Notes under the pieces: generated by a model | Told to the model about the DNA's origin: nothing | Database searches by the model: none | Seen by the model: the letters and a program-made list of their open reading frames with translations, nothing else | Part shown: positions 29,878 through 38,084 of the stretch, piece by piece | How positions within the stretch are numbered: position 1 is the stretch's first letter | How the letters are laid out: the number at the start of each line of letters is the position of its first letter | Translations under genes and position numbers: made by a program | Sequence record: KC801932 | DNA: 64,000 nt | DNA from: Escherichia phage Lw1 | Reading direction: 5' to 3' (one strand)

Positions 29878-30711
29878 TCAACCCCATGTATCGGTTTTAG
29901 GTGCGTATGCTGCAACTTTAGCCACTAATTCCTTATCAAGCTGATCAATGGATTTCTGCGGTTTGCCTTTTGCCTTAACTTTGATGTAATTAGACTTGAC
30001 AACGAACATACCGCCTTTGTCGGATTTCTTAACTTCGCTATCAATACCAACTTTGTTAAAGCTGATCCAGATGTCACCATCCATGTACTGTTTCAGAGAA
30101 TCGCCCATGTTAAGGATCTTAGCCATAGTAAGCGCGGCCCCTTCGTGGGTATCCATGAGGATCTCTTTTGGAACAACACGGTCGCGTTTCAGGTTCTGCT
30201 GCATGGCAATATGAACATCGTTCATTACCCAAACGATATGGATGTTTTCTTTCTTGTACCCCAGCGCTTCAACATCACGGGCGATACTTGCCAGTTTGCT
30301 CATGCTTTTCAGGGTTACGTCAAAAATCAGGTTTGGTTTGCGATCTTCCGGTGCTGCTGCGATACCAGCATAAACACGCGCCTGGTTTTTGTTTGATACG
30401 TTGAAAACGTCTGCGATCACATGGTGAAGTGTTGCAACGTTATCAGGGTTTTTCAGGTTCATTGTTTTAACGTCATGACCTGTTTTTGCTTTAATTTCTG
30501 CTGCTAGTTTGGTGCTACCCATTACCAGCTTTTTCAATGCGTCAACGTCCAGTGTGATCCCTTCGATGCCTAACAGCTTTTCGAGAGTGAAGCCTTTACC
30601 GGAACCCGCACCGCCAGCCAGGATCACGACCTGACCGAATTTCTGATAAGCCTTACCGCCGAAGGTAATCAGCGCTTCATCAAGGCTCACAAAGTCTTTG
30701 AATGATTTCAT
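29878..30711 (-). CDS. nucleoside-monophosphate-kinase-like P-loop protein
   Basis: 277 aa; P-loop ILAGGAGSGKG resembles the adenylate/UMP-CMP kinase G-x-x-G-x-GKG loop; precise substrate unknown. Confidence 0.5.
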   Translation of the reverse strand: MKSFKDFVSLDEALITFGGKAYQKFGQVVILAGGAGSGKGFTLEKLLGIEGITLDVDALKKLVMGSTKLAAEIKAKTGHDVKTMNLKNPDNVATLHHVIADVFNVSNKNQARVYAGIAAAPEDRKPNLIFDVTLKSMSKLASIARDVEALGYKKENIHIVWVMNDVHIAMQQNLKRDRVVPKEILMDTHEGAALTMAKILNMGDSLKQYMDGDIWISFNKVGIDSEVKKSDKGGMFVVKSNYIKVKAKGKPQKSIDQLDKELVAKVAAYAPKTDTWG

Positions 30712-30743
30712 TTTAGAACTCCAGGGTTATTTTAATATATTTA

Positions 30744-30773
30744 TTGACATCGTTTTGCTGATGGATTTATAGT
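30744..30773 (+). promoter_or_regulatory. sigma70-like promoter TTGACA-N18-TATAGT
   Basis: Hexamers at 30744-30749 and 30768-30773, in the divergent intergenic region upstream of ORF 30824. Confidence 0.45.
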
Positions 30774-30823
30774 GAAGATGTTCGACGGATAGGCCGGAAG
30801 AACTTTAACCATAAGGTGACATT

Positions 30824-31717
30824 ATGAAACTTGAATTAAACCGCTTCATCAAAGCCGCTGCTGCTGGCGACCAGTCAAAATATACATCACGCCGCAACCA
30901 CACATTGTCAAACGATTTCGCTGACCTGCTTGGGTTCAAGCGCTGGCATACTCCGGTTATGCGTCCCGACTGCGATCCTAAATGGGATTACTTTCGTTGG
31001 AGTATTCCCAAACATGCCATTGTGAAAAAGATCCGTGTGATGTCTTTCCGTTTTCTGTATCCTAACTGTATCATCGAAATCGCAAAAGAACGAGATATCA
31101 CCCTCCCTAATGGTTGGAAACTTGCTGACCTGATGGAAACACTGATCCAGATGCGTAGAGAATACAAAGCTGGATACATCCGTTCCTTTGATAAGTTGGG
31201 TGATTACTCAGACAGCGATAATTACAAAGAATGGCAAATGATCGCAAAGTACCTGTTAAACAGCATATGGATTATTATTTGCGGCAAAGGTTCTGCGATC
31301 AACCTGGGAGGTCATGAAATTATTGCCCGTGCTCGCGAAAAGGTTTGTGATGCGGTAAACAAAATCATTTCTTCAGGTGGCGTTGTTCTGCATGTAAACG
31401 TTGACGAAATCGTGTATTACGGCGAACAGGTGGAAGTTGATAATGTCCATCATGAAAAACACTGGAAAGCTATTTTTACTGGTGGCGGTGCTGCATGGGG
31501 TGATAATATGATAACAAGTGGCCCCATTCCAACGATTAAATTTGACCTTGATGACTGGGAACCGCAAAACAACGGTATTCGTTCGGTCGAGGAACAACGC
31601 GCAATGGCTGAACGTATGGCTGCAACGCGAATCAAACGTTTCACCAATGAAATCATAGAGTATATGAACCGCACAAAAGAAGACGTGTTGAAAGATGTTG
31701 ACTTGTCCGGTGAATAA
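30824..31717 (+). CDS. hypothetical protein
   Basis: 297 aa ORF with GGTGA upstream; no recognised family. Confidence 0.5.
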   Translation: MKLELNRFIKAAAAGDQSKYTSRRNHTLSNDFADLLGFKRWHTPVMRPDCDPKWDYFRWSIPKHAIVKKIRVMSFRFLYPNCIIEIAKERDITLPNGWKLADLMETLIQMRREYKAGYIRSFDKLGDYSDSDNYKEWQMIAKYLLNSIWIIICGKGSAINLGGHEIIARAREKVCDAVNKIISSGGVVLHVNVDEIVYYGEQVEVDNVHHEKHWKAIFTGGGAAWGDNMITSGPIPTIKFDLDDWEPQNNGIRSVEEQRAMAERMAATRIKRFTNEIIEYMNRTKEDVLKDVDLSGE

Positions 31718-31753
31718 CTGTAAGCTGTAATCACTGAAAACAAGGAGATAACC

Positions 31754-32071
31754 ATGAAAACGATTCACTGCCGCGAAGAACACGTTGTTTATTACCACGG
31801 ATCTTGTACTGCTGCTGGGATTGAGAGCATGTTGTTGCCTCCTTGTGCTTCTGAAACTCTGTCTGAAAAAGGCAGAAAGAAAAATCTGGATCGTGTTTTC
31901 TTCACTGCTGACATCGGACTTGCTCGGATCTATGCTGGAAGGGCTGCACGTTCTATAGGTGGTGATCCGGTACTGTATCGGGTTGTGTGTCCGGTTGATG
32001 CTGTATGTATGAACGACGACAAAGGCGCGAGCGTTTACCATGCTGCATGGGCTTTCTGTGAGGAAGTATGA
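31754..32071 (+). CDS. hypothetical protein
   Basis: 105 aa; AAGGAG 6 nt upstream; first gene of a translationally coupled five-gene string. Confidence 0.5.
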   Translation: MKTIHCREEHVVYYHGSCTAAGIESMLLPPCASETLSEKGRKKNLDRVFFTADIGLARIYAGRAARSIGGDPVLYRVVCPVDAVCMNDDKGASVYHAAWAFCEEV

Positions 32072-32235
32072 ATGACCGTGTTTTAGCAGTTCTCGTTTTC
32101 CTTCTGGGTTATCGAGTTGAAGTAATGGGTGGTATCATGGCGATGGACGGTGACCTGACCGCAATTTGGGTTACTGCTTTAGGTGTGATGTTCACGTTTC
32201 TTTCTTTTGCGATTGTTAACGAGGCAAACAAATGA
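32068..32235 (+). CDS. small hydrophobic (two-helix membrane) protein, 55 aa
   Basis: ATG 32068 overlaps the upstream stop (ATGA) and its own stop overlaps the next ATG (ATGA); two hydrophobic segments (VLAVLVFLLGY, AIWVTALGVMFTFLSFAIV); absent from the ORF track because it is under 60 aa. Confidence 0.4.
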   Translation: MNDRVLAVLVFLLGYRVEVMGGIMAMDGDLTAIWVTALGVMFTFLSFAIVNEANK

Positions 32236-32558
32236 AACTATTTCATGTAGTGTATGGCGGTATACGTAATCTTGATGTACCATTGCTTGCTGCGGGAACA
32301 GTTGATACACTTGAAGGTAAGATCGGGAAGCGTTTTAAAACTACCGTATCCGAAATCAAAACGGTGTTTGTTGACCATCCGTCAGATATGGAAAATTTAA
32401 TCAATACTCTGGATGACTTGATGATTCCGTTTGCGGAAGAATTTCATTATCAATCAGGACTGTATTTGATTGTGACATTTGTTCTAAAAAATGTTGACAA
32501 TCGAAATCCAGAAGTGTTAGATTTTGTAAGAAAAATCGATTCAATTAAAGGAAAGTGA
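32232..32558 (+). CDS. hypothetical protein
   Basis: 108 aa; start overlaps the preceding stop. Confidence 0.5.
   Translation: MKLFHVVYGGIRNLDVPLLAAGTVDTLEGKIGKRFKTTVSEIKTVFVDHPSDMENLINTLDDLMIPFAEEFHYQSGLYLIVTFVLKNVDNRNPEVLDFVRKIDSIKGK
32494..32522 (+). promoter_or_regulatory. possible internal sigma70-like promoter TTGACA-N17-TTAGAT
   Basis: Good -35, weak -10; lies inside ORF 32232-32558. Confidence 0.3.
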
Positions 32559-32899
32559 TTATGAAAATCGTTCAGCGTAATATCAGCGAAGTTAGCCAGG
32601 AAGAAAAAGTTCAGATTCATTTCAAATTTAATGATCTGAAACGTGGTTATGCAGAAATTGCCCGTGTTCATGGGCTGGACAATGGGGATATTTATATGAT
32701 TGTCCAAGAAATTGAGCGAATTCGTGCTTTCCGTGCGGAGAACCCGAAAGTAAAACGCGTTCTGCGTCGTGTATATGTCAACAAACACCGCAAAGCGGCG
32801 AAACAAGTTAAAACCAAACGCGAACCGCGTCCAGATAACAAACGTAAAGCAATCAACGGTGCTATGGCGCTGGCTTTCCAGGAAGCGGGTTTAGTGTAA
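32555..32899 (+). CDS. hypothetical basic protein
   Basis: 114 aa; lysine/arginine-rich C-terminal half; start overlaps the preceding stop. Confidence 0.5.
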   Translation: MIMKIVQRNISEVSQEEKVQIHFKFNDLKRGYAEIARVHGLDNGDIYMIVQEIERIRAFRAENPKVKRVLRRVYVNKHRKAAKQVKTKREPRPDNKRKAINGAMALAFQEAGLV

Positions 32900-32908
32900 G
32901 GGGCTGAC

Positions 32909-33439
32909 ATGAGTCGTAGACAAAATATGGAACGTTGGACTGGTGTTGTAACCAGCAGTGTTAAACCAGTTACCGCTGTAGTGAAAGAAGTTGTTGAAGA
33001 AACTCCGGTTAAAACTCAGATGGTTATTTCTCTGAGTGATGAAGAGTTAGAGCATCGTCGCCGTGCGAATCAAATTGAATTCGATCTGCGTATCGCTCGT
33101 TCATACAACAGCAAAAATGATGATGCTCGTAGCCGGAATCTGCAATTTGCTCTTACGTTGAGTGATTGGACCTCTTTAATGAGTCAACCAACTTGCTTGT
33201 ATTCTGGGAAGGTGTTTAGTTCTCGTGGAGATAGCCCGAATTCTCGAACGATGGAACGAATTAACCCGATGCTGGGTTACACTCCAGAAAATACGATCGC
33301 AGTGACAAAAGCCGCTAACAGTGAAAAATCATCACTTGATGCGTTTATGAAGGGTTCGGTAATCCTTCCAGAAGTAAAACTGAAACTGTTACGCAAAGCC
33401 GCGTATCAAATTGAAAAACAATTGAAAATCAAAGGTTAA
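32909..33439 (+). CDS. hypothetical protein with degenerate HNH-like motif
   Basis: 176 aa; C-LYSG...ERINP..GY..EN...V.KAAN.EK aligns to the HNH scaffold (CxxCG...HHIxP..GG...N....C..CN..K) but lacks the catalytic His and most zinc ligands. Confidence 0.4.
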   Translation: MSRRQNMERWTGVVTSSVKPVTAVVKEVVEETPVKTQMVISLSDEELEHRRRANQIEFDLRIARSYNSKNDDARSRNLQFALTLSDWTSLMSQPTCLYSGKVFSSRGDSPNSRTMERINPMLGYTPENTIAVTKAANSEKSSLDAFMKGSVILPEVKLKLLRKAAYQIEKQLKIKG

Positions 33440-33443
33440 TATT

Positions 33444-34490
33444 ATGTTTGTGAAATATTCTTCTCTTACTAACCATTACGAAGGTAAGTTCATTAATGGC
33501 GTGATCATGAATGGCCTTACTGGTGGTGTGTGGTGTGCTCGTGAAAAGATACACGGTACAAACTTTAGTCTGATTACTTCGGACGGTGAAAAAGTCATTC
33601 CAGCAAAACGTAGCGGTGAAATCCTTCCTACTGAACAGTTTTACGGTTGTGAACCTGTCGTTGCAAAATATTCTAATGCTGTGCGCGAGTTGTGGGAAAC
33701 CCTCGCAAATACCTGTGAATATAAGGAATACGCTGATATCGGTTCTCTGGTTGTACAGGTATACGGCGAATTTGCGGGGCGTGGTGTTCAAAAAGATGTT
33801 GATTACGGAGAAAAAGATTTCTATGTATTCGATATCCGTGTGAATGATAAATTTTTACCAGATAACATTGTTGCATCGGCTGCTGTTTGTGTTGGTTTGA
33901 AAATGGCTCCATTGCTGGCATATGGTACGTTTGAAGAGATCCGCGAACTGCCTATCACGTTTGATTCTGTTGTCAACCTGGCTAATTCCGGCGCAATTGT
34001 TGCGCAAAATGGCGTTGAACCTGCGTTCAAAAACTTCATGACTCTGAAAGATGGTGAAGGTGAAAACATCGCGGAAGGTTTCGTGATGAAGCCCGTCGAA
34101 CCTGCTTTCATGCCGAACGGTGAACGCGTTGCGATCAAATGCAAAACGACGAAGTTCACAGAGAAGAAGAACAAGCAAGCGAACCGCTTCAATGCTCCTG
34201 TTGAACTGTCTGAAAATGATAAAGTTAAACTGGATGTGTTTACCTGTTACCTGAACGAAAACCGCGTGAAAAATGTTTTGTCTAAAATTGACAGCGCAAA
34301 TCTCACTGCAAAAGATTTCGGTCGCGTAATGGGCCTGACGGTACAGGATGCGCTGGAAGAAATCGAACGTAATTATGGCCCGTTCCTGGAACAGTTCGAG
34401 AATCCAACGCTGGCGAAGAAAACCTTCACTAACGAAGCGTCAAATCTGGTTCGTGAGAACTGGGGCGCAATCCTGAACAATGAATTTTAA
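33444..34490 (+). CDS. rnlB: RNA ligase 2
   Basis: 348 aa; strong similarity to T4 Rnl2 as recalled (AREKIHGTNFSL, KDFYVFDI, RVAIKCK.SKF.EKK, MGLTVQD.LEE). Confidence 0.88.
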   Translation: MFVKYSSLTNHYEGKFINGVIMNGLTGGVWCAREKIHGTNFSLITSDGEKVIPAKRSGEILPTEQFYGCEPVVAKYSNAVRELWETLANTCEYKEYADIGSLVVQVYGEFAGRGVQKDVDYGEKDFYVFDIRVNDKFLPDNIVASAAVCVGLKMAPLLAYGTFEEIRELPITFDSVVNLANSGAIVAQNGVEPAFKNFMTLKDGEGENIAEGFVMKPVEPAFMPNGERVAIKCKTTKFTEKKNKQANRFNAPVELSENDKVKLDVFTCYLNENRVKNVLSKIDSANLTAKDFGRVMGLTVQDALEEIERNYGPFLEQFENPTLAKKTFTNEASNLVRENWGAILNNEF

Positions 34491-35064
34491 AACGGTTCTG
34501 GACAACGCGAAGACGGCTACCCTGATCGGTAGCCGTGAACCCCCCGAACGTATCGCAAACCTCGCAATCAAGATCGGACGCGCTTTAAGTGATCGGGAAA
34601 TATTCGCTTACTCTGGTGGTGCTCCAGGAATGGATAGTCATTTTTTATTTGATTACTCACCAGAAAGACGGCGTATAATTCTTCCTGAGAACGGTTTTAA
34701 CGGGTTGTACTCAAATGGTAAGGATATCATCGACTATACAGAATACGACACGTACAAAGCCGCTGACGAAGCGAGAAAGGTAGCTGGACACTTCGACAAC
34801 CAAAACGAATGGACACAGCGCCGATATGCTCGAAATTCCATGCAGGTGCTAACCGAACATCTGGATACGCCTACGGATTTTGTGTTATTCTGGGCTGTTG
34901 AAAAAGAGTTTTGTGTGAAAGGCGGTACTGCGATCGCAGTAAGATTGGCCCGACTGTATGGCATACCCTGTTTCAATCTCTGGAATGAACGGGTATTAAA
35001 TGAAGTTTGCGACACTTTGGGGATTAATACTAAACCTCCAACTTTGGATTTTCTCTGGTGCTAA
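34480..35064 (+). CDS. DprA/SLOG-like Rossmann-fold protein
   Basis: 194 aa; YSGGAPGMDSHF resembles the DprA/Smf SG-x-A-x-GID-x-x-H nucleotide-binding loop; start overlaps the rnlB stop. Confidence 0.45.
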   Translation: MNFKTVLDNAKTATLIGSREPPERIANLAIKIGRALSDREIFAYSGGAPGMDSHFLFDYSPERRRIILPENGFNGLYSNGKDIIDYTEYDTYKAADEARKVAGHFDNQNEWTQRRYARNSMQVLTEHLDTPTDFVLFWAVEKEFCVKGGTAIAVRLARLYGIPCFNLWNERVLNEVCDTLGINTKPPTLDFLWC

Positions 35065-35130
35065 CTCCTGAACAATCACGTAATTACGAACGCCTCGCAG
35101 TTGAAGAGGCATTAAAAAAGGCGGAATATA

Positions 35131-35559
35131 ATGGTAGAAATCAATGGGATCGGGGTAGTCGGTGTAACCCCCGCAAATCGCAGTCAAAAGGATGATCCGC
35201 GCTGTGGGCGTAGTCCAACACTGGCAGAACGTGCGCGTAAGCTGGTAGACGACATGAACGCGAAGATGGTCGAAGAGTCGCGGAACGATATCACGGCGTA
35301 TGTTCTGAAATATGCGACAAAACAATCATATACATTTGATATGAAACGTTTTGTTGGTGCTAATTTAGGTCAAGAATGCACACAAAAAGCATACGATGAT
35401 CTGGGTGAATGGCTGAAATCAGAAGGGTTGACTTTTGATACTATGGCGAACCGTCTGAATGCGTATTCGAATTATCCGAGTGGAATCCGTTCTCGTCGTA
35501 TTCAGACGAGTAATGATCGCGACGTGTACAGCGAATTCACTTACTTCATCACTTGGTAA
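35131..35559 (+). CDS. hypothetical protein
   Basis: 142 aa ORF; no recognised family. Confidence 0.5.
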   Translation: MVEINGIGVVGVTPANRSQKDDPRCGRSPTLAERARKLVDDMNAKMVEESRNDITAYVLKYATKQSYTFDMKRFVGANLGQECTQKAYDDLGEWLKSEGLTFDTMANRLNAYSNYPSGIRSRRIQTSNDRDVYSEFTYFITW

Positions 35560-35578
35560 AAATAATTCGAAATAGTTG

Positions 35579-35606
35579 TTGACGGGAGTTGTGAGTGTGG
35601 TAATAT
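35579..35606 (+). promoter_or_regulatory. sigma70-like promoter TTGACG-N16-TAATAT with flanking inverted repeat
   Basis: Hexamers at 35579-35584 and 35601-35606; GGGAG (35584-35588) and CTCCC (35609-35613) bracket the -10. Confidence 0.5.
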
Positions 35607-35646
35607 AGCTCCCGTAGATAAGACACTAACCCAAAAGGAAAACATC

Positions 35647-35916
35647 ATGGAAATCAGATTAATCCCTACTTGCGCTGGTTACTGCTTGGCCCTGAACGGC
35701 GTAGCAAACAACGGCAAAGGCTTACGGGCTAACGTTGAAGCAATGCTGAACGAATTAGCGTTGCGGAGTGAACCAGGGATGCAGTATGAGTATGATGACG
35801 TTGCAACCAGCGTTAAAATCTCTAATTTGGTTTTGGACGGTGTTGACTGTGCGGGTTGGTGGGACTGTTACATCGACTACACTGACAACCGGGTTTTCTT
35901 ATTGACCAGCAATTAA
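35647..35916 (+). CDS. hypothetical protein
   Basis: 89 aa ORF downstream of the promoter, with AAAGGAAA before the ATG. Confidence 0.45.
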   Translation: MEIRLIPTCAGYCLALNGVANNGKGLRANVEAMLNELALRSEPGMQYEYDDVATSVKISNLVLDGVDCAGWWDCYIDYTDNRVFLLTSN

Positions 35917-35924
35917 GGAATATC

Positions 35925-36338
35925 ATGAAAGATTATATTTCAGAAGCTGAGGCTCTTGAACAAAGCGGTTATTGTGTCAACGTCGAAGATGAAGACGAAG
36001 ATGACGGCTATGATGGTGGTGTTATGTGGGGGCTTAAACGTCCTCAACGCAAAACCCCAGTTCAGTATTCCGATGGTTCGGTAAGATACGAAACGGTTGT
36101 CAAAGAAGTAAACGGGCGTGTCATTACGTCCGAGCGACAGAAGGACATCAAACAGTTGTATGATGTTGCGAAAGCCGCTAAAGTGGGAACCATGATTGTT
36201 TGCCCTACGTGCAAAGAGTTGCACAATAAGACGACTTATCACAAGGTGTTCTGCTCTAATGGCAAAAAATCCAGGAAAGACTGTAAGAGTAAATACTGGA
36301 ACACGATCCATCCAGAACGGTTAGATCGTATCTTTTAA
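35925..36338 (+). CDS. hypothetical protein with C-terminal zinc-ribbon-like cysteines
   Basis: 137 aa; CPTC...C..C cluster in the C-terminal third. Confidence 0.5.
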   Translation: MKDYISEAEALEQSGYCVNVEDEDEDDGYDGGVMWGLKRPQRKTPVQYSDGSVRYETVVKEVNGRVITSERQKDIKQLYDVAKAAKVGTMIVCPTCKELHNKTTYHKVFCSNGKKSRKDCKSKYWNTIHPERLDRIF

Positions 36339-36361
36339 ATCAAAACGTGGAGTACGTTTAA

Positions 36362-37795
36362 ATGCAAAAATTTACTGAACTGAATAGCCTGATCACCTCA
36401 ACTGATTCCTACAAAGTGTCTCACTGGATGCAGTATCCACAAGGCACTGATGCAACGATGTTCTATATCGAATCTCGTGGTGGTAAATTTGATGAAGTCG
36501 TAACTGCTGGCGTTAACTACGTTGCGCGGGTACTGGCTGAACCTGTTACCATGAAACAAGTTGAGTTGGCGCGGGTGCTTTACCGTAAGCACTTCGGGAA
36601 AGAAATTTTCAACTATGAAGGATGGAAAGAGATCGCAGAACTGGGTTACACCCCTGTGATTTTCCGTTCTATTCCAGAAGGTACAGTTGTTCCGGTTAAA
36701 AACGCCGTTGCGACCGTGTTCTCTGAGAATCAATTCTCCTGGTTGGCTGGTTGGTTGGAAACAATGACGATTCGCGGTATCTGGTATCCGTCATCTGTTG
36801 CGACTCTATCCCGTGAGTGTAAAAAGGTTCTGGCTCAGTACCTGAATATGACTTCTGACCTGACTGGCGAAGCATATAATGTTACACTGGGTACACGTCT
36901 GCATGACTTTGGGGCGCGGGGCGCGACCTCTGCTGAGTCTGCGGGTATTGGTGGGCTGGCGCACCTTTACAACTTCGTTGGAACTGATACCGTCGAAGGG
37001 ATGATTATGGCAATCAGCCTGTTTGCGGATCATCAGACTCTGTTTGATGAACTGGAAAATGTCGAAGCCGCTGGCATTTCGATTCCTGCTCGCGAACACT
37101 CAACGACGATTTCCTACGGTAAAGAAAACGAAGAAGACGCATACAAAAACAGCATCAAAATGTTCGGTACTGGGTTCTACGCTTGTGTGTATGACTCATG
37201 GGACTATAAAGCCGCTGTTGATCGCATTGCTGAGTATAAAGAGAAAATCATTGCTGCGGGTGGTACTCTGGTAGTTCGTCCAGATTCAGGGGATATGATC
37301 GATAACATCATGTATACCCTTCGTAAATTGGCGCAAATTTTCGGATACACCGTAAACAGCAAAGGTTATAAAGTTCTGCATAACGCAGTTCGTATCATCC
37401 AGGGCGACGAGATCCACGGGCCTGAGACAATCAACCGTGTGTTAAGCTGGATGGAAGCGAACAAGTGGTCAAGCGAGAATATCGCGTTTGGTATGGGTGG
37501 AGGTTTGCTGCAAGAAGTTACCCGCGATACTCAAAAGTATGCCGAAAAGCTGTGCGCTATCCGTGTGAATGGTAAGTGGACAGGCGTTTACAAATGTCCG
37601 AAAGGTTCTGAGTGGAAAAAGAGTAAAAAAGGTTTGCTGATGACCATCACTAACGGTATGGAATTCAAGACCATTGATATTCTGGAAGACTCAATTCCTG
37701 ACGGTTGGTTCGATGCGATGGTGACTTATTACGATAATGGTTACTTGAACACCGACGACACTTTAGGGGAAATTCGTGAGCGTAGCCGGATTTAA
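36362..37795 (+). CDS. nadV: nicotinamide phosphoribosyltransferase (NAMPT / NadV)
   Basis: 477 aa; diagnostic blocks SYKVSHW, HDFGARG, VRPDSGD, IQGD, IAFGMGGGLLQ shared with eukaryotic and bacterial NAMPT. Confidence 0.88.
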   Translation: MQKFTELNSLITSTDSYKVSHWMQYPQGTDATMFYIESRGGKFDEVVTAGVNYVARVLAEPVTMKQVELARVLYRKHFGKEIFNYEGWKEIAELGYTPVIFRSIPEGTVVPVKNAVATVFSENQFSWLAGWLETMTIRGIWYPSSVATLSRECKKVLAQYLNMTSDLTGEAYNVTLGTRLHDFGARGATSAESAGIGGLAHLYNFVGTDTVEGMIMAISLFADHQTLFDELENVEAAGISIPAREHSTTISYGKENEEDAYKNSIKMFGTGFYACVYDSWDYKAAVDRIAEYKEKIIAAGGTLVVRPDSGDMIDNIMYTLRKLAQIFGYTVNSKGYKVLHNAVRIIQGDEIHGPETINRVLSWMEANKWSSENIAFGMGGGLLQEVTRDTQKYAEKLCAIRVNGKWTGVYKCPKGSEWKKSKKGLLMTITNGMEFKTIDILEDSIPDGWFDAMVTYYDNGYLNTDDTLGEIRERSRI

Positions 37796-38084
37796 TATCC
37801 GCGCCAACGATAACGGATCTGTAATCTTCTATAACAATCAGCCCCTTGTTGCTCGCAAGGGGTTTTTTTGTAAGCTGGTTGGTTACGGGTTCAAGTTGGA
37901 GGAAGTGGATAATTCAACTCTGAAAGAGATAGTGCGAATAGCCTATCTCCTGAAAGACAAAAAAGATGAACATAAAGCGGTTGCAATGTTGGAGAAATTA
38001 GGCGAAACTCATTGCTTCATTATCAATCGTGGGTACAAATATGACACGATCGCTTTATTCGAAAAGGGGCTTTGTGAATTATGA
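37776..38084 (+). CDS. questionable ORF spanning the nadV terminator
   Basis: 102-aa track ORF that overlaps the nadV 3' end and contains the terminator hairpin; a shorter real ORF may start downstream of 37868. Confidence 0.2.
   Translation: MSVAGFNIRANDNGSVIFYNNQPLVARKGFFCKLVGYGFKLEEVDNSTLKEIVRIAYLLKDKKDEHKAVAMLEKLGETHCFIINRGYKYDTIALFEKGLCEL
37841..37868 (+). terminator. strong rho-independent terminator after nadV
   Basis: CCCCTTG-ttgctcg-CAAGGGG followed by TTTTTTT. Confidence 0.75.

Noticed and set aside
31373-32041. 222-aa minus-strand ORF overlapping ORFs 30824-31717 and 31754-32071
   Set aside because: Conflicts with two forward ORFs that have good ribosome-binding sites and translational coupling; no start signal
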